Shown one piece after another: positions 6,780 through 9,600 of a DNA stretch of 9,600 nt. The notes beneath the pieces are model-generated. The model saw only the letters and a program-made list of their open reading frames with translations. It did no database searches and had not been told where the DNA came from. Each line of letters starts with the position of its first letter. The stretch's first letter is position 1. Source of the stretch: Octopus sinensis (taxonomy: Eukaryota). The position numbers were made by a program, and so were the translations under genes. The stretch lies in contig NW_021827885.1 in the NCBI RefSeq assembly GCF_006345805.1, positions 1-9,600 of the forward strand, written 5' to 3'.

Positions 6780-7080
6780 ATATACATGTGTATATATATA
6801 TATATATATATAGAATATATAATATATATATAATATATAATATGTATATAAATGTAGGGGGGGGTTAGACCGAAAGTTCGATCGGTACGCTCACACACGC
6901 ATACAATATGTATGTCTACATATACACACACACACACGTACACAAACACACCTTTATATATATATATATATTATATATATATATAACCACACATACATTA
7001 TTATATATATGTATATACATCTATATATATATATATCTATATATATATTATATATATATATAGATATATATATATACGCA
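6780..7080. repeat. (AT)n and (CA)n microsatellite cluster with a short unique insert (~6852-6895)
   Basis: Direct reading. Confidence 0.88.
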
Positions 7081-7164
7081 TTTACATAAGGAGAGAGAGG
7101 AAGGGGTGGTGGAGATGGCGACGAATACATAGACTTAAAGAATTCGATAGATGATAAATATATT

Positions 7165-7232
7165 TATAGGTAGATAGACAGATAGATAGATAGATAGAGA
7201 GAGGGAGATAGACAGATAGATAGAGAGATAGG

Positions 7233-7284
<52 letters not shown>

Positions 7285-7286
7285 CC

Positions 7287-7336
<50 letters not shown>

Positions 7337-7405
7337 TAGGTAGATAGAGAGAGAGAGAAAGAGATAAATATTTTGGTAGATAGATAGATAAATAGATAAA
7401 TAGAT
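7165..7405. repeat. (GATA)n/(GA)n array
   Basis: Direct reading. It explains the 'LSIY' ORFs. Confidence 0.96.
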
Positions 7406-7474
7406 TGATTCCCAATTCGATTGTGTAAGTGAACAAACAATACAATGCAGAAGTGATTTCATATATGATCGTAT

Positions 7475-7750
7475 GCATATATATACACACACACACGCAC
7501 ACACACACACACTCACACACACACACTCACACACACACACACACACACACGCACACTCACACACACACACCACACACACACACATATATATATTTATATA
7601 TATACATATTAGTGCGTGTGTGTGGTTGTGTGTGTATGAATGTATGTATCTATGTATGGACACGTGTGCAGAACAGAGAGTGACCCTGAGAGAGAGAGAG
7701 AGTTAGAGAGGGGGGAGATAGAGTGTGTAAGAGAGAGAGAGAGAGAGAGG
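7475..7750. repeat. (CA)n, (AT)n, (TG)n and (GA)n compound microsatellite
   Basis: Direct reading. It explains the 'THTH' and 'RERE' ORFs. Confidence 0.93.
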
Positions 7751-8107
7751 GGGCATAATGAGAATTCTAGCAATGGCTGTGATTCCTCTATGTGCAGCAG
7801 ACAGCATTTCTCTCCAAGAGAAAAAGAACCATGATTAAGCAATTCTTCCAATGTTGGAAAGTGTAAGCTAAAACGTTTACTGGATTGCATTCTGTTATTC
7901 CGGTCGGTCTGTTCGTTAATTACAATGCCTCGCATACAGAAACACTGTTTCACAAACGCGCGCACACCTTTCTCTCTTCACATCATCAGCATCAACATCA
8001 CTATTATCACCAGCACTTTAATATAGACTTATAGATTTTCGAACTCTTTGCTCTACAAATTCCACGCCTATTATTTTTTGATGGAATTCTGAAAAGCTAT
8101 TAAAGTA

Positions 8108-8171
8108 CGCACACACACACACACACACACACAACGTCTGGGTATATATAATTATATATATATATAAATAT

Positions 8172-8203
<32 letters not shown>

Positions 8204-8480
8204 CATATATACATACATCATACATATATATATATATATATATATTATATTATATATATATACATACATATATATATATATATATATAGACATATATATA
8301 TGTATACATATACATACGTACATACATATACATAAATATATATATATGTATATACATATATACATATAGTAATAAAATATACAGACGCTTACACACATAC
8401 ATGCATAAAAATATATATGTATATATATGTATGCTTATGTATGTACATTGTGCACACACACACATCCACACATATATATA
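8108..8480. repeat. (CA)n/(AT)n/(ACAT)n microsatellite block
   Basis: Direct reading. Confidence 0.93.
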
Positions 8481-8482
8481 CA

Positions 8483-8524
8483 CCTATAAGTTGTAAACAG
8501 CCTATAAATTGTAAACAGCCTATA
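8483..8524. repeat. 18-bp tandem duplication (CCTATAA[G/A]TTGTAAACAG), 2.3 copies
   Basis: Units 8483-8500 and 8501-8518 match 17/18, plus a partial at 8519-8524. Confidence 0.93.
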
Positions 8525-8651
8525 TATATCTATATATATGGATATATATATATATGTGCATATCTGTGTGTGTTTGTGTATATGTGTGTTTCTGTGTGCG
8601 TATGTGTGTGGTGTGACGTACCGGTGTGTGTATATATACGCACACACACAC

Positions 8652-8684
<33 letters not shown>

Positions 8685-8705
8685 CACGCACCACACACGC
8701 ACACA
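8525..8705. repeat. (AT)n-(TG)n-(TA)4-(CA)n microsatellite
   Basis: Direct reading. Confidence 0.92.
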
Positions 8706-8864
8706 GAGTTTTATTGTTCTTCGGTCACACGCTTCATCGGTTCCACGCGTCACCGTGTAAATGGAAAATCGTGTAAAATGAGTCGAAAATTTGTAATAAT
8801 ATTTTCAATGAAAAAAGCTATTTAAACGATCGTACATTGAATTAAATATAATAGAAACGATTAA

Positions 8865-8935
8865 CTTGTGTGTATGTGTGCCTGTGTGTTTGATTCTGTG
8901 TGTGTGTGAGTGTGTGCGAGCGCAATATTTATATA
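8865..8935. repeat. Short (TG)n/(AT)n microsatellite
   Basis: Direct reading. Confidence 0.75.
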
Positions 8936-9249
8936 TACGGTTTGTAAATTAAAATCTACTAACAGTCTCTCGACATAGAGACACCATGGTTAAGCAGCTT
9001 TATACAACGAGATTTGTGTATCCAAGCAATCCTTAGGCTCAGAGTACATGGGTATATCTATGTGAAAATGAAGATCCAGGTATATGAGAAACTACGAAAA
9101 AGTATGAAAAGATTCATATAAAATGTAGCATGTGAAGACAAAGGGTAAATAAATCCTGATAAAGGAAGGGAAGAAAACTGCCCAATCACAATGTCTCCCT
9201 TGCGGGAAACTATTGGTAGCTTCTATCTTAAATACTGCGTACGTTAATT

Positions 9250-9508
9250 GGTGTTACTCTCTCACTGAATTGAGTACGTTTTTGATAATCTTACCTTAAT
9301 GGAATAGTAGATTATATGGCAAATCGAATAAACTAACATGAAAAATATCTGTAACAATCAACAAGAGGACATGCACAAGTAACGTGTTAGTTTGTCGCTC
9401 GGTAAGAAGAAAGTGCTTTTGACGTTTCGAGCATTAGCTCTTCGTCGGAATGTGAAACGGAAGTGTTCGAAAAAGGGAAAAAATCAGCAACAGCATGTGT
9501 GTTGCAAC
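9250..9508 (-). mobile_element. Second PLE-pLTR / retrozyme-type fragment, related subfamily to 1-325
   Basis: Clear homology to 181-325 over ~9361-9508. Carries a hammerhead-like core and abuts (AT)n at 9509. The left boundary is uncertain. Confidence 0.5.
9390..9452 (-). ncRNA. Type I hammerhead-like motif, probably inactivated
   Basis: Minus strand reads CCGACGA(9448-9442)-A-GAGC-uaau-GCUC-GAAA(9428-9425)-CGUC...GAGC-GAC(9396-9394). Stem II is a perfect 4 bp, but the cleavage triplet reads GAC instead of GUC. Confidence 0.5.
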
Positions 9509-9600
9509 ATATATATTATATATATATATATACGTTATACGTATATGTAAAAAAATACAAACTGGGACAAGAACGCAAAAATTTATAAGACGATACAAAA

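Noticed and set aside
7846-7859. Short palindromes and hairpins (TTCCAA-TG-TTGGAA; also 6691-6700, 6869-6886, 8965-8982)
   Set aside because: Stems of 5-6 bp are expected by chance in 9.6 kb, and there is no supporting context.
7790-7900. Minus-strand peptide FPTLEELLNHGS resembling the SH2 C-terminal 'F.SL.ELV.HY' motif
   Set aside because: Only a short match, the conserved Tyr is missing, there are no flanking SH2 motifs and no convincing splice sites in frame.
194-8825. Most ORFs in the six-frame track (MYVC, THTH, CVCV, IYIY, LSIY, RERE peptides)
   Set aside because: They are translations of stop-free microsatellites or SINE sequence, with no domain-like content.
9049-9125. GYIYVKMKIQVYEK frame as a possible GIY-YIG endonuclease relic
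   Set aside because: No YIG motif or conserved Arg/His spacing, and the frame closes quickly.
9549-9600. Start of another possible repeat after the (AT)n tract
   Set aside because: Truncated by the window edge and too short to characterise.

Overview
Repeat-saturated eukaryotic non-coding DNA (intron or intergenic). No protein-coding gene is supported: nearly all ORFs in the track are translations of microsatellites or SINEs. About 30% of the window (manual estimate) is simple repeat: (ATGT)n, (AT)n, (CA/TG)n, (GATA)n, (GA)n, (CAA)n. The rest holds two families of tRNA-derived SINEs (about 8 copies or fragments, both strands), two tandem mariner-type MITEs, and two related ~250-330 bp elements near the window ends. 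Those two elements carry hammerhead-ribozyme-like cores on the minus strand, as expected for Penelope-like pLTRs or retrozymes. The repeat landscape and SINE sequences resemble octopus/cephalopod genomes (from recall, not a database search). The least expected signals are: (i) four to five hammerhead-like motifs, including a cryptic inverted pair at 5568-5822; (ii) a hidden degenerate 33-bp minisatellite at 2321-2740 that could be a decayed 11-aa coding repeat; (iii) a covarying hairpin shared by the 3' ends of both SINE families.
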